From: an uncultured Planctomycetales bacterium
GTDB taxonomy: Bacteria > Omnitrophota > Gorgyraeia > Zapsychrales > JANLHA01
Assembly (NCBI GenBank): GCA_964400065.1
Contig: CAYNSM010000001.1
Span: 16,685-80,684, forward strand
DNA: 64,000 bases
Direction of reading: 5' to 3'
Notes under the pieces: model-generated
Told to the model about the DNA's origin: nothing
Seen by the model: only the letters and a program-made list of their open reading frames with translations
The model's database searches: none
Shown here: positions 28,539-38,364 of the stretch, one piece after another
Numbering within the stretch: position 1 is the stretch's first letter
Layout: every line of letters starts with the position of its first letter
Made by a program: the position numbers and the translations under genes

Positions 28539-31493
28539 TCATTTAAAAACTTTATCGAGTATCCCGCCGATGATTTGCTCGCCCGTCGACTCTTGGCGTA
28601 GCGTGGAGGGGTCTTGAGCTTGCTGTTGATTTTGAGAATCGCGGGGAATTCCTAAAGCTTTATCTAAAATCTTGCCTAACTCTTTTTTGCCTTCATTGCG
28701 CGCTGCATTTTTGCCAAGGTCAAGAGCCGATTGCATGACAGAAATAACCGGCGTTTGGCTGCCCTTGCCGCTAATATGCACCGGCAAACTGATATTATTA
28801 TCGGCATCGTATAAATAGGTCAATTCTTCTGTCGATTGGCCCATGATCGCCGAAAGCTCTCGGGTAATTTTAAACGCGCCATCCAACGTATAAACCTGTT
28901 CAAAATTGACGTTCGATTTTCCCTCAAAAACAAACTCATCGGCCTTAACCGCAATCGGATCTACAAGAATATTTCCGCTGTTCAAATTAAAAGTCCCAGA
29001 AACTTCGTTAATTTGGGTATCTTTATCGTCGAGCTTGACCTTATAATTTTCGGGCAGCTTAGCCTCAATGCGAGAGGCCAGATCAGGAATAAAAGAAATT
29101 TTATCAAGGACCGTTTTAAGAACGTTCAAATCCATTAACTTAGCTTGCTTGACTTCAAAACTCCCATCCGCTGCCATCGATTTGATATCAGCGCCTTGGC
29201 CCTTGGCTTTGAAGTTTGCAAAAACCGACCCCCCAACCTTGAGGGAAGCTTGCGTTTGGTCAAGAAGTTGCGAAAGTTCAAGGCCTTTGATTTGCGTCGT
29301 CAGATCAAAATTTTGTTGCCTCATATAGTCGGTAACATCAATCTTAGAAACAATCTGCCCTTGGCCGAGATTAACCGCAAACTCATCGGCCGAAATTTGG
29401 TTTTCTGTCACTTTAAATTTTGCTGCGACACCGCTTATCGGCACGAGAAGCTCTTTGAGTTTGACCTCCCAATTCTTGAGCGTAACATCACTCGCCAAAG
29501 CCAAAAGTCCAGCTGGCCCGACGCTGACATTAGCAATCGCAACCTCTAACTCACCTTTAATTTTTTCGGGCAAGGACACATCTTTTAGCGACACGATTTT
29601 AGTTTTTATTTGTTCCAACGACACTTTCGCAAGATCTGTCTTAAACGCAGCCTCTGTTATGCTCACTTTTTGAGCCGACGGATCAAGCAGAACTTGCCCT
29701 TTGAAAGAAAGATTCGGTTCATCGCTTTCATATCCAAGCGTAGCCTCGAGCGCAAACGGCTTGATCAGAGAAAAATCTGTGACCTTGATATTGACCTGAT
29801 CCGCCGCAAGCGAAATCCCCGGAGCAAGTTCGTTGACGACAATTTTACCGTTTTGCCATTTCAGATCGACATTCATTGGACCTAAACCTTTAGGCGAAGC
29901 ATTAAGATCATTAATCTGCGCCTGAAAAACACCGGCAAGCGTTTGCGGAAAAACGATATTAGCCGGCACCAAGCCCAAAGCTTTAAAACGTTCCAAATCA
30001 AAACTGTTGGTATTAAATTCGGCAATCCCGTTTTTTATGGAAACCTCTTGCGTGTTTAAATCCAAAGCAACAGCACCAGAAAAAGAGACATTTTGAGATT
30101 CACTTAAATACGCACTCTTTAGAGAAACGCTAAACTGCTTGCCGAATGAAAAATTTTCGATTTTTACATCCGTTTTTGCCAAAGCTACCAGCGCACCGGG
30201 CAAAATATCTTTTAACAAAATCGTGCCGTCCTGCCAGTTTAAGTCCAAAAGAACGCTCTGCAAGCCGCTTGAGGAAACGAGCGCTTCCTTAATACTAACT
30301 TTAAATTTGCCTGACAAATCTTCCGGCAAAGCGACATCTTTTAGAGGTACAATCGCCGACTTGATTTTTGCAAGCGGCCAGAGGGCAAGATCCGTCGAGA
30401 ATTCTGCGTCAGTAATCTGCGCTTGCATTTTTTGCGGATCAAGCAAAACTTTAGCACTCAAGTCAAAATTCGTTTGCTCCTGATACAACGCCGCCTTCAC
30501 ACTGACTAGCAAAGGCCGTGTATTATCCAGCGAAAAATTTTCACAACTGATATTCAATCGTCTTGCTTCCAAGGAAATTCCGGGAACAAACTCATCGGCG
30601 ACGACTTTGGCGTTGGTCAAATAAATGTCCGTATTAAATTTTTCAACACCTTTGGAGGAAAGCTCTAACTGATGAATTTTAAATTTTAGCTGTCCGTCAA
30701 GAATTCGCGGAAAAGTCACTTGGGCTAAGCTCGGCAGGGCTTTTAACTTTTCCAACGGCAATTGACTTAAATTAACACCTAAGTCCATCTCGGAAAGCAT
30801 AAGCTGTAATTTAGCTAAATCCAGCTGAGCTTTCGCATTAAACGAAAAATTCTTTTGGTCAGACAAAACAGCCGCATCCAAAAGAACATCAAAAGGCTTG
30901 GTAAGAGAAAATTCTTTAACTTCTAACGTTGCCTGCGAAACGTCAAGCTTAAGCTCTGGCACAACAGTTTGGTCGATCAAGACAATCTGTGCATTTTCGA
31001 TTTTTAAAGAATTAATAAAAATTACCGGAATTGCCGACGACCGGGTAAGAGCTGCGGATTGCGAGGCCTCTTGCTTAGCGGCCATACTTTGAAAATTCAA
31101 AAGACCTTTGGAATTTCGGATAATCGAAATCTGCGGAGAATCAATGAGAATCCCGGGCACCGATATCTGGCGCGTCGTCAAAAAAGCCACCAAATCAACC
31201 CCCAAATCGATTTGCTTGACCGTCACAAAATTTTCATTGCCAAAATCCGGGTTCTCGGCAATCGAAAAATCGGTCAAATGAAACCGCACACCTTTTTCCA
31301 TTGAGACTGCAAGATCGATATCATTAAAATTAACCGCCCGCCCCAAAGCATTGGTCGCCGAGGCAATAATTTGCGGCTTATATTTCTTAATATCAAACGT
31401 CTTCAAAAAAATCAGCCCCGCAAAAAGCACAAGGACGATTAAAATAAAAACGCTAAACACAAAAATCCCAAAAATCTGAAAAAACTTTTTCAT
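28539..31493 (-). CDS. AsmA-family large envelope protein
   Basis: N-terminal TM anchor plus about 950 aa of beta-rich repeat. AsmA-like organisation. Confidence 0.75.
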   Translation of the reverse strand: MKKFFQIFGIFVFSVFILIVLVLFAGLIFLKTFDIKKYKPQIIASATNALGRAVNFNDIDLAVSMEKGVRFHLTDFSIAENPDFGNENFVTVKQIDLGVDLVAFLTTRQISVPGILIDSPQISIIRNSKGLLNFQSMAAKQEASQSAALTRSSAIPVIFINSLKIENAQIVLIDQTVVPELKLDVSQATLEVKEFSLTKPFDVLLDAAVLSDQKNFSFNAKAQLDLAKLQLMLSEMDLGVNLSQLPLEKLKALPSLAQVTFPRILDGQLKFKIHQLELSSKGVEKFNTDIYLTNAKVVADEFVPGISLEARRLNISCENFSLDNTRPLLVSVKAALYQEQTNFDLSAKVLLDPQKMQAQITDAEFSTDLALWPLAKIKSAIVPLKDVALPEDLSGKFKVSIKEALVSSSGLQSVLLDLNWQDGTILLKDILPGALVALAKTDVKIENFSFGKQFSVSLKSAYLSESQNVSFSGAVALDLNTQEVSIKNGIAEFNTNSFDLERFKALGLVPANIVFPQTLAGVFQAQINDLNASPKGLGPMNVDLKWQNGKIVVNELAPGISLAADQVNIKVTDFSLIKPFALEATLGYESDEPNLSFKGQVLLDPSAQKVSITEAAFKTDLAKVSLEQIKTKIVSLKDVSLPEKIKGELEVAIANVSVGPAGLLALASDVTLKNWEVKLKELLVPISGVAAKFKVTENQISADEFAVNLGQGQIVSKIDVTDYMRQQNFDLTTQIKGLELSQLLDQTQASLKVGGSVFANFKAKGQGADIKSMAADGSFEVKQAKLMDLNVLKTVLDKISFIPDLASRIEAKLPENYKVKLDDKDTQINEVSGTFNLNSGNILVDPIAVKADEFVFEGKSNVNFEQVYTLDGAFKITRELSAIMGQSTEELTYLYDADNNISLPVHISGKGSQTPVISVMQSALDLGKNAARNEGKKELGKILDKALGIPRDSQNQQQAQDPSTLRQESTGEQIIGGILDKVFK

Positions 31494-31499
31494 AACCGC

Positions 31500-33107
31500 T
31501 TATTCCTTCTGTTGGTCCAAGGCCGTTAAGGTGAAAATCAACGGCACAAATCCCAAACTTGCCTGTTGTTCTTGATTATTGACAATACGCACACGACGAG
31601 GATCGACATGTTCTTTAAGCAATGCCTCATAAACAACCTTGGCCCGACCAGAGGCCAATTCGTTTAAAGCAGACTTGTCAGGGAAAGCATCTTCACTTAA
31701 TTGCCGGCGGATTTCGGGATTAAGCTTTTCGTAATCATACCCGCCTTTGATTTTAAAATGCTTGGTTAACTTCCACAATTGCCTGATCCCATAATGGCGC
31801 TGATACAACGTCTGCAAAATCCAATATTCGCTGCGGCTGGTTTCTTTGTGCAAAGCCTCATATTCTTTTAAAAAACGGCCTGTTTTGATAGCTTTCCAGT
31901 CGAGTGTTATATCGTAACTACCGTTTATTTCTAAAAGCAATTTGGGCCGCTGTTTCAAAGCTTGGGCCAAGGAAACAATCTTCTGCTGCTCCTGCGACGA
32001 CAAATCAACCTCCCCGGGCAAAAACTTAACCGAGCCTAATTCTTGGCTGCCAGCTTGCGAACCAATCAAAGACCCTAACATCGAAAAAGGAGCAGTCGTT
32101 AACTTAATAAAAAAATTGCGCGCAGTTTGTCCAATCAAATGCGTGTATGTAAACTTTGGATCACTCAAGTCGCCCGTAACCGGCAAAGAAATATCAATGC
32201 GGCCCTGCGAATCTTCCAGTAAAGCAACGGCCAGCCCAAAAGGCAAATTGAGCGCATCCTTACTCTCAACCTTTTGGCCAAAAGTAAAACCTTCAATCAA
32301 AAGCTTGTGGGATGCGGTCAAATGATTTTGACTGATCCGGTACGTCGTCGAAAAATCGAGTTCTCCCTCAGACAATCCACGGCCGGTATATTTTCCGACA
32401 TAAGGGCCAACCACGGTAAGGGCATAATGGTCCAAGCCAAAATTCAAATCCAAGTCCAGCGGAGAAGCAAAAGGCTTAATCTGTGCCGAAGCATTGATAA
32501 TCCCTCGATCATCAATCAGTGCTTTCAACGTCAAAGCCGTCATTCCCTGCGTTTGCGTTGAAAAATTTTGAACCGTCACATTAATATCGTTTAAAACTGT
32601 TTTAAAAATCGGGGCAACTGTCTTATCCTCAAAGCTGATACGCGCATCGCGGATTACAATAGCGTCGATAAAAAGAGCTGGCAAGACGGTTGGTTTTTGC
32701 TCTGCGGCTACCGGGGAAACAGCAGGGAAAAGATCGAGCAAATTGATTCGTCCGTTTTCTGACAATGTCGCGGCAACAGCAAGCCCAGATAATTCGACCG
32801 ACTCGATACGATAAATTTTTTTCAACAGACTCAAGCAACTGACGTCAACACTCAAGCGGTCAAAAGCGACAAGCGCTCGGGTGGACGCATCCTGAATTTG
32901 AAAACCTTTCAACGTGACACGCCACAAAAAAGGATTAACCACGGCCGACCGAAGCTTGACGGGGACTTTAAGAAATTTCGTTGCCTGCACGCTAAGAGCC
33001 CACGGCAAAACCAACGGGATGATGACGAGGGTCCCAACAAAATAAAACAGAATAAGGCCAATCGCACACTTGGCCATCAAACCGCAGAATGACTTTAAAA
33101 ATTTCAT
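31500..33107 (-). CDS. DUF748/AsmA-like envelope protein
   Basis: TM anchor and beta-rich body. Start set at MKFLKSF to avoid a 35-nt overlap with the upstream gene. Confidence 0.65.
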   Translation of the reverse strand: MKFLKSFCGLMAKCAIGLILFYFVGTLVIIPLVLPWALSVQATKFLKVPVKLRSAVVNPFLWRVTLKGFQIQDASTRALVAFDRLSVDVSCLSLLKKIYRIESVELSGLAVAATLSENGRINLLDLFPAVSPVAAEQKPTVLPALFIDAIVIRDARISFEDKTVAPIFKTVLNDINVTVQNFSTQTQGMTALTLKALIDDRGIINASAQIKPFASPLDLDLNFGLDHYALTVVGPYVGKYTGRGLSEGELDFSTTYRISQNHLTASHKLLIEGFTFGQKVESKDALNLPFGLAVALLEDSQGRIDISLPVTGDLSDPKFTYTHLIGQTARNFFIKLTTAPFSMLGSLIGSQAGSQELGSVKFLPGEVDLSSQEQQKIVSLAQALKQRPKLLLEINGSYDITLDWKAIKTGRFLKEYEALHKETSRSEYWILQTLYQRHYGIRQLWKLTKHFKIKGGYDYEKLNPEIRRQLSEDAFPDKSALNELASGRAKVVYEALLKEHVDPRRVRIVNNQEQQASLGFVPLIFTLTALDQQKE

Positions 33108-33144
33108 GGGGCCATTGTAGCACTCGACAAATAAGTTGTCATTA

Positions 33145-34626
33145 TCACGAAGGATTTTTTCTCTCGGCGATATAGGCAATCTTTTTGATCATGCCGCCAA
33201 AAATATACTCATGCAAAGGCATAAGCAAATGCCAATAAATAATTCCGCCTAAACCCCGCGGAGCAAAACGCGCACAAATAGAAAGTTCGCAACTCTGCTC
33301 TGTCAACCGTAAAATCTTAAAGTCCAGCGTCGCTAAGCCAGGCAGTTTCATTTCCGCAGCTAATGAGAGTTGTTGATTTTCTTCAACACCCGTCACGCGC
33401 CAAAAATCAAGAGCATCCCCAACGGCAATCTTTTGCGAATTTTTTCGCCCACGCCGAAGTCCCACGCCGCCAACAACGCGGTCAATGAACCCACGCAAAA
33501 CCCACAGCCAAGTGCCGTGATACCACCCCTGCTCTCCACCGATGCGAGAAACGACAGCCCAAACTTTTTCTGAACAAACGCCAACTTTAAGCGTCCGTTT
33601 ATCTTCATAAATAGTTCCGCCCGCCCAATGAGGGTCACCCGACTGCGCCAATGAATATTGCGCAATAACCCCCGCGTCAACCCACGAGGTTTCGACATCA
33701 TTATTATGTATCCGAAGCAAAGCCCGCCGTATCGCTTGACGGCAATCTAAAAGTTCTTGCACAATAATTTCGCGGATACGCGAATCTTTACAAACAACCG
33801 GATTTTTTAAACCCTCAGCTAAAGGCCGCGCAATATAACTGGGAACCGGAGTCACCAAATGAATCCACAGCGAACTTAACTGCGGCGTTAAAACGGGTAC
33901 CGGAATAATCAATCGTCGAGGCAAACCGGCTTCTTCGGCATAAATTCGCATTAATTGTTGATATGAAACAACTTCCCTCCCACCGATATCAAAAGTTTCC
34001 CCGATCGTTTCATCTTTTTCTAAACAGCCATAAAGATACTCAATGACATTTTTTATCGCAATCGGCTGATTGGGCGTATTGACCCAACGGGGAGTAATCA
34101 TAATCGGCAAACGATCAACCAAGTACCGTAAAATTTCAAATGAAACACTGCCAGATCCGATAATCATCGCAGCCTGCAAGACTGTCACGGGCACCAAACC
34201 GGACTTTAATATTTCAGAAACTTCATGGCGCGATTTTAAATGTTTACTTAGATCCGCAGAATCTTCGCCTAAGCCGCCCAAATAAATGATTCGCTTTAAA
34301 CCACATTCCTTTGCAAGTGTAATCATATTATGCGCGGCAATGCGATCGGCGGCCTCAAAATCCTCAGTTTGCGGATTCATTGAATGCACCAAGTAGTAAG
34401 CGACATCCACATCCACTAAAGCCAAACGTAAAGATTTTGGATCATGAATATCCACCTCGACAAGTTCTACATTTGGATGATTCGCCCAAAAACGACTCCG
34501 GAGTTTTTTAACAGATCTTCCCGAAGCTTTAACACAATAGCCACCTTCTAAAAGTTTAGGCAAAAGCCTCCCGCCGACATACCCAGTTGCTCCAAGAACC
34601 AAAATTTTTTTATATTTAGGATTCAT
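33145..34626 (-). CDS. NAD(P)-binding SDR/NmrA-like domain fused to DUF2867-like domain
   Basis: KILVLGATGYVGGRL Rossmann motif. 493 aa two-domain protein. Confidence 0.75.
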   Translation of the reverse strand: MNPKYKKILVLGATGYVGGRLLPKLLEGGYCVKASGRSVKKLRSRFWANHPNVELVEVDIHDPKSLRLALVDVDVAYYLVHSMNPQTEDFEAADRIAAHNMITLAKECGLKRIIYLGGLGEDSADLSKHLKSRHEVSEILKSGLVPVTVLQAAMIIGSGSVSFEILRYLVDRLPIMITPRWVNTPNQPIAIKNVIEYLYGCLEKDETIGETFDIGGREVVSYQQLMRIYAEEAGLPRRLIIPVPVLTPQLSSLWIHLVTPVPSYIARPLAEGLKNPVVCKDSRIREIIVQELLDCRQAIRRALLRIHNNDVETSWVDAGVIAQYSLAQSGDPHWAGGTIYEDKRTLKVGVCSEKVWAVVSRIGGEQGWYHGTWLWVLRGFIDRVVGGVGLRRGRKNSQKIAVGDALDFWRVTGVEENQQLSLAAEMKLPGLATLDFKILRLTEQSCELSICARFAPRGLGGIIYWHLLMPLHEYIFGGMIKKIAYIAERKNPS

Positions 34627-34644
34627 AATTCTTTAGACCAGACT

Positions 34645-35004
34645 TTATCGTCCGCTCACCGGATTTTTGGGCCATTCTTGAAAAACATAATCCGGCTGCA
34701 TCAAAGCTTTAGACTGATCTGATTTGACAGCCGGGAAAGTAACAATATCCCACGCGCCAGATCCGGCACGTTTAATGGTTTGCACTGTGCCCCACACAGC
34801 GCCGGAAAAAATCCAAACAAGAATGTGCGGCGTTTTTTGCGCACCCTTAATCCAATAACTGCGCGTTTGTTTAACCACTTCAACCGGCGCTGTCAAAACA
34901 TTAGTAACTCCACGTAATAATTTTTTTGCCGGTTGATTAGCGGCCGACGCTTTCCCAACCGCTAAAAACATAAACAACAAAACCAGTACAAAGACATTTT
35001 TCAT
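34645..35004 (-). CDS. small secreted protein
   Basis: Signal peptide (MKNVFVLVLLFMFLAVGKASA). The RGVTNVLTAPVEV segment weakly resembles an exosortase-associated small-protein family. Low confidence. Confidence 0.4.
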   Translation of the reverse strand: MKNVFVLVLLFMFLAVGKASAANQPAKKLLRGVTNVLTAPVEVVKQTRSYWIKGAQKTPHILVWIFSGAVWGTVQTIKRAGSGAWDIVTFPAVKSDQSKALMQPDYVFQEWPKNPVSGR

Positions 35005-35606
35005 GCGCCCTCCTTTTGTAAGGATATTATCGGAACCCTGATTTCCCAATCAATATTTATGTAATCTCCAACGATAATTCCGCCCTTGTCTAAAAGTTTA
35101 TTCCAAATAATTCCAAAATCTTTACGTTTAATGACCCAGTTGCCTTTTAAAAGCATGATTTCTTTTTGCGTATCTTTATCTATAAAAATGTCCTGCGTAA
35201 AGCTCGAAAAAAATTCTTTCTTAACGCCGTGTAAATTCAGAACCCCTTTGACCCGATAACCTTCTGGATCCCCAACAATCGAGTGACTTTCAAAAGTGAT
35301 TTTTGGAAATTCTTTTGCACTAAGAATTTGTTTGGAACGAACAATTTTATCGAGACTTAAAAAAGACGACCGGACACTATTAACCTCAATTTCTAAAAAA
35401 ACTGATTTAACGCTCTTTTGATCTTCATTGAAAATAAGCGTACCCTCATATTTCTCAAAATGGGCACGGTATCGCCCGACGAGCGTGTAGTTGATGGAAG
35501 CCTTAATCTGTGAAGTTTCTGGGCCGAAAGAGACCTTGATATCAGCCCAAGCATCAGCTAGAGGAAAAAGGAGAATAACGATAAGAATAAGTAATTTTGC
35601 TCTCAC
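35001..35606 (-). CDS. YceI-like periplasmic protein
   Basis: Signal peptide. YceI-like pattern (KEFPKITFESHSI...YRVKGVLNLHGVKKEF). Confidence 0.7.
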   Translation of the reverse strand: MRAKLLILIVILLFPLADAWADIKVSFGPETSQIKASINYTLVGRYRAHFEKYEGTLIFNEDQKSVKSVFLEIEVNSVRSSFLSLDKIVRSKQILSAKEFPKITFESHSIVGDPEGYRVKGVLNLHGVKKEFFSSFTQDIFIDKDTQKEIMLLKGNWVIKRKDFGIIWNKLLDKGGIIVGDYINIDWEIRVPIISLQKEGA

Positions 35607-35694
35607 AAAATCACTTTAACACTAAAAACTCAACGATCAATAATGATTATCAACCGACATTTCATTTACAAAGAAATACATAGTAAGCCAAAAG

Positions 35695-37593
35695 TTACTC
35701 AAGAGCTTCGCGCGAAGCTTCTAAATATTCCCAGCGCTCATAGAGCTTAAGAAGTTGCTCGCCGATAACATCGACGCGTTCTTGCGCTTGAGCAACTTCT
35801 TTGGGACCTTTTTGATAAAAAGCGATGTCCGCTAAGAGCGCGTACAAATTTTCTTGCTCGGCTTCAAGCTTTTGAATTTCTGACGGCAAAAGTTCCAGCT
35901 CACGCTGTTCTTTATAGGAAAGTTTTCGGACGGTTATCGGTTTTTCTTCCTCACGTGGCCGGTCCGCTTTAAGCTTGGCGGCTGTTTTTTTCTCCTGCGT
36001 GCCCCTCTGGGAGAGCCAATCGTCATAACCGCCGGCGTATTCATAAATTTCGCCTGTCCCATCGAGCACGATCGTCGATGTAACAACATTGTTCAAAAAA
36101 GACCGGTCGTGGCTGACCAAAATAAGCGTACCCGAATATTCCATCAAAAGCTCTTCTAGCAGCTCCTGTGTTTCAATGTCCAAATCATTGGTCGGCTCAT
36201 CCATAACCAAAAAATTCGACGGCGTTGTAAAAAGCCGTGCCAAAAAAATCCGGTTGCGCTCCCCGCCAGACAACACCTTAACCGGCGTGCGCGCACGCTC
36301 CGGGGTAAACAAAAAATCCTGCAAATACCCAATCACATGCCGGGGCTTACCGTTGATCGTAATCGTGTCCCCGCCTTTGGTGATGTTTTCGATAACCGTT
36401 TTTTCTTCGTCTAATTGCTGGCGCATCTGGTCGTAATAAGCAATTTCCAAATTGGTTCCTAAACGAATTTTGCCTTTGTCCGGTGATAACTGTCCCAAAA
36501 GAATACGCAGCAAAGTCGTCTTGCCCGAACCGTTTGCCCCTATAACGCCAATCTTGTCCCCGCGCATAATCTGTGTCGAAAAGTCCCGAATAATACATTT
36601 CTCGCCGTAACTAAACCCAAGATTCGACGCCTTGATGACTAAATGCCCAGATGCCTCAGCTTCGTGCGACACAATACGCGCTTTGCCGATTTGATCTCGC
36701 TGGGCCATTTTTTCCAGACGCATGCGCTCCAAGGCTTTGACGCGGCCTTCATTACGCGTCCGGCGAGCCTTAACGCCTTTGCGAATCCAAATTTCTTCTT
36801 CGGCGAGCTTTTTGTCAAACTCAAGCCTTTGTACCGCTTCATTTTCTAAAGCCATCTGTTTGCGTTGCAAAAAAGTTTGGTAATCACACGCCCAGCTAAA
36901 AAGTTTTCCGCGGTCAAGTTCCAAAATGCGCGTCGACAAATGCGACATAAACATCCGATCATGCGTAACAAAAAACAGCGTGCCCGGATAATTTTTTAAG
37001 AAACCTTCGAGCCAATTGATCGTGTCAATGTCCAAATGATTTGTCGGCTCATCGAGTAAAAGAATATCTGGCTTTAAAATAAGCGCTTTGGCAAGCAATG
37101 CACGGCGCTTCTGTCCGCCGGAAAGCGTTTGAAAATCCGCTTCCCCGTCTAAATGCATTTGCGTCAAAATATTTTCGACCTCAGAATTAAGATCCCAGCC
37201 GTTTATCTTGTCGATCTGTGTTTGCACACGATCCAATTCGCGCATAATCTCATCCGAGTGATCCGTGTGCATCCGATGCGTCACGTGATGATAATCGCTT
37301 AAAATTTTAGCGCGCTCACCTAAGCCGGAAAAGACAATATCAAAAACAGTCCCCGTAATATCATTGGGGACTTCCTGCGGCAAATGCGTGACCTTGACGC
37401 CTTTTTGAAAAATGATCTCACCGCCGTCAATCTCAACTTGACTAGCCATAACTTTCATCAAGGTCGTTTTGCCTGTGCCGTTGCGGCCCAGCAAAGCAAT
37501 GCGCTCATTGGGCTCAACCTGCAAGCTTAACCCATCAAAAAGTAAAGGCCCGCCGAAGGCGAGGCTGATTTCCTGAAGACTAATAAGTGCCAT
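35695..37593 (-). CDS. ABC-F family ATPase (Uup/EttA-like)
   Basis: Two ABC cassettes: GRNGTGKTT with LSGGQKRR, and GANGSGKTT with LSGGERNR. C-terminal coiled-coil tail. Start at MALISLQE. Confidence 0.9.
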   Translation of the reverse strand: MALISLQEISLAFGGPLLFDGLSLQVEPNERIALLGRNGTGKTTLMKVMASQVEIDGGEIIFQKGVKVTHLPQEVPNDITGTVFDIVFSGLGERAKILSDYHHVTHRMHTDHSDEIMRELDRVQTQIDKINGWDLNSEVENILTQMHLDGEADFQTLSGGQKRRALLAKALILKPDILLLDEPTNHLDIDTINWLEGFLKNYPGTLFFVTHDRMFMSHLSTRILELDRGKLFSWACDYQTFLQRKQMALENEAVQRLEFDKKLAEEEIWIRKGVKARRTRNEGRVKALERMRLEKMAQRDQIGKARIVSHEAEASGHLVIKASNLGFSYGEKCIIRDFSTQIMRGDKIGVIGANGSGKTTLLRILLGQLSPDKGKIRLGTNLEIAYYDQMRQQLDEEKTVIENITKGGDTITINGKPRHVIGYLQDFLFTPERARTPVKVLSGGERNRIFLARLFTTPSNFLVMDEPTNDLDIETQELLEELLMEYSGTLILVSHDRSFLNNVVTSTIVLDGTGEIYEYAGGYDDWLSQRGTQEKKTAAKLKADRPREEEKPITVRKLSYKEQRELELLPSEIQKLEAEQENLYALLADIAFYQKGPKEVAQAQERVDVIGEQLLKLYERWEYLEASREALE

Positions 37594-37662
37594 AAGAGAA
37601 GGAGTGTAACATACCGTCAAGGTTTTGACTAGCACCTTAACGGTAAACATGCTAAAAAGCGC

Positions 37663-38364
37663 CTATAACACTTCTCTTTTAAATTGTTCCCTCAATCGGA
37701 CGAGATCTTTTTCCTTATTGCGCAGATTGTCTTGCAGTTTTTCGAAATCTTCTTTTGGCACCCAGCTCTCGGCATCCTTTTTCTCAGAAAGCCGCTCTGT
37801 CTCCCAGCGCAATTCTTTGACTGTTTTACGCAAAACCTCATTTTCGGCTTCAATTTTTTGGACATGCAACTCTAAATTGCGACGGACTTGCACAATCGAA
37901 TCATTTTCGCTCTTTGATTCACGCAATTCCCTCTCAAAACGCAGACGATCTGAATGCATGACCCCCAAATCATGCTCCATTTTACGAAGATCATTTTTAA
38001 GCGTCAGGATTTCCTGCGCCTTTTTTTCAATATCATCGCTCTCTTTTTTTTGCCAATCACGTTCTTGCAGAAGTTTTTCCTGCAGCTTGCTATATTTTTG
38101 GCTCTGCACCGAAAGGTCCCGTTCCAAATTCTTTTCTTTTCTCTGAGACTCATCAATTTCTTTGCGCAAAGCCTGAATGTGCCTTTCTAATTTGAGGCTG
38201 ACCGATTGCCAATCTTTTTGGGGAGGCATCTGAGATTTCATTTTTTGCTCACCTGAAGAACGCTCGCGTCGCGTCTTTTTCGTCGGGACAATCAGCAAAA
38301 TACCCAAAACCCCCAAAAGAAAAACCGCAATGCCTGCGGCAATAATTTGAAAAGATAGCGTCAT
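37663..38364 (-). CDS. membrane-anchored coiled-coil protein
   Basis: Single N-terminal TM segment followed by a charged heptad-rich sequence. Confidence 0.55.
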   Translation of the reverse strand: MTLSFQIIAAGIAVFLLGVLGILLIVPTKKTRRERSSGEQKMKSQMPPQKDWQSVSLKLERHIQALRKEIDESQRKEKNLERDLSVQSQKYSKLQEKLLQERDWQKKESDDIEKKAQEILTLKNDLRKMEHDLGVMHSDRLRFERELRESKSENDSIVQVRRNLELHVQKIEAENEVLRKTVKELRWETERLSEKKDAESWVPKEDFEKLQDNLRNKEKDLVRLREQFKREVL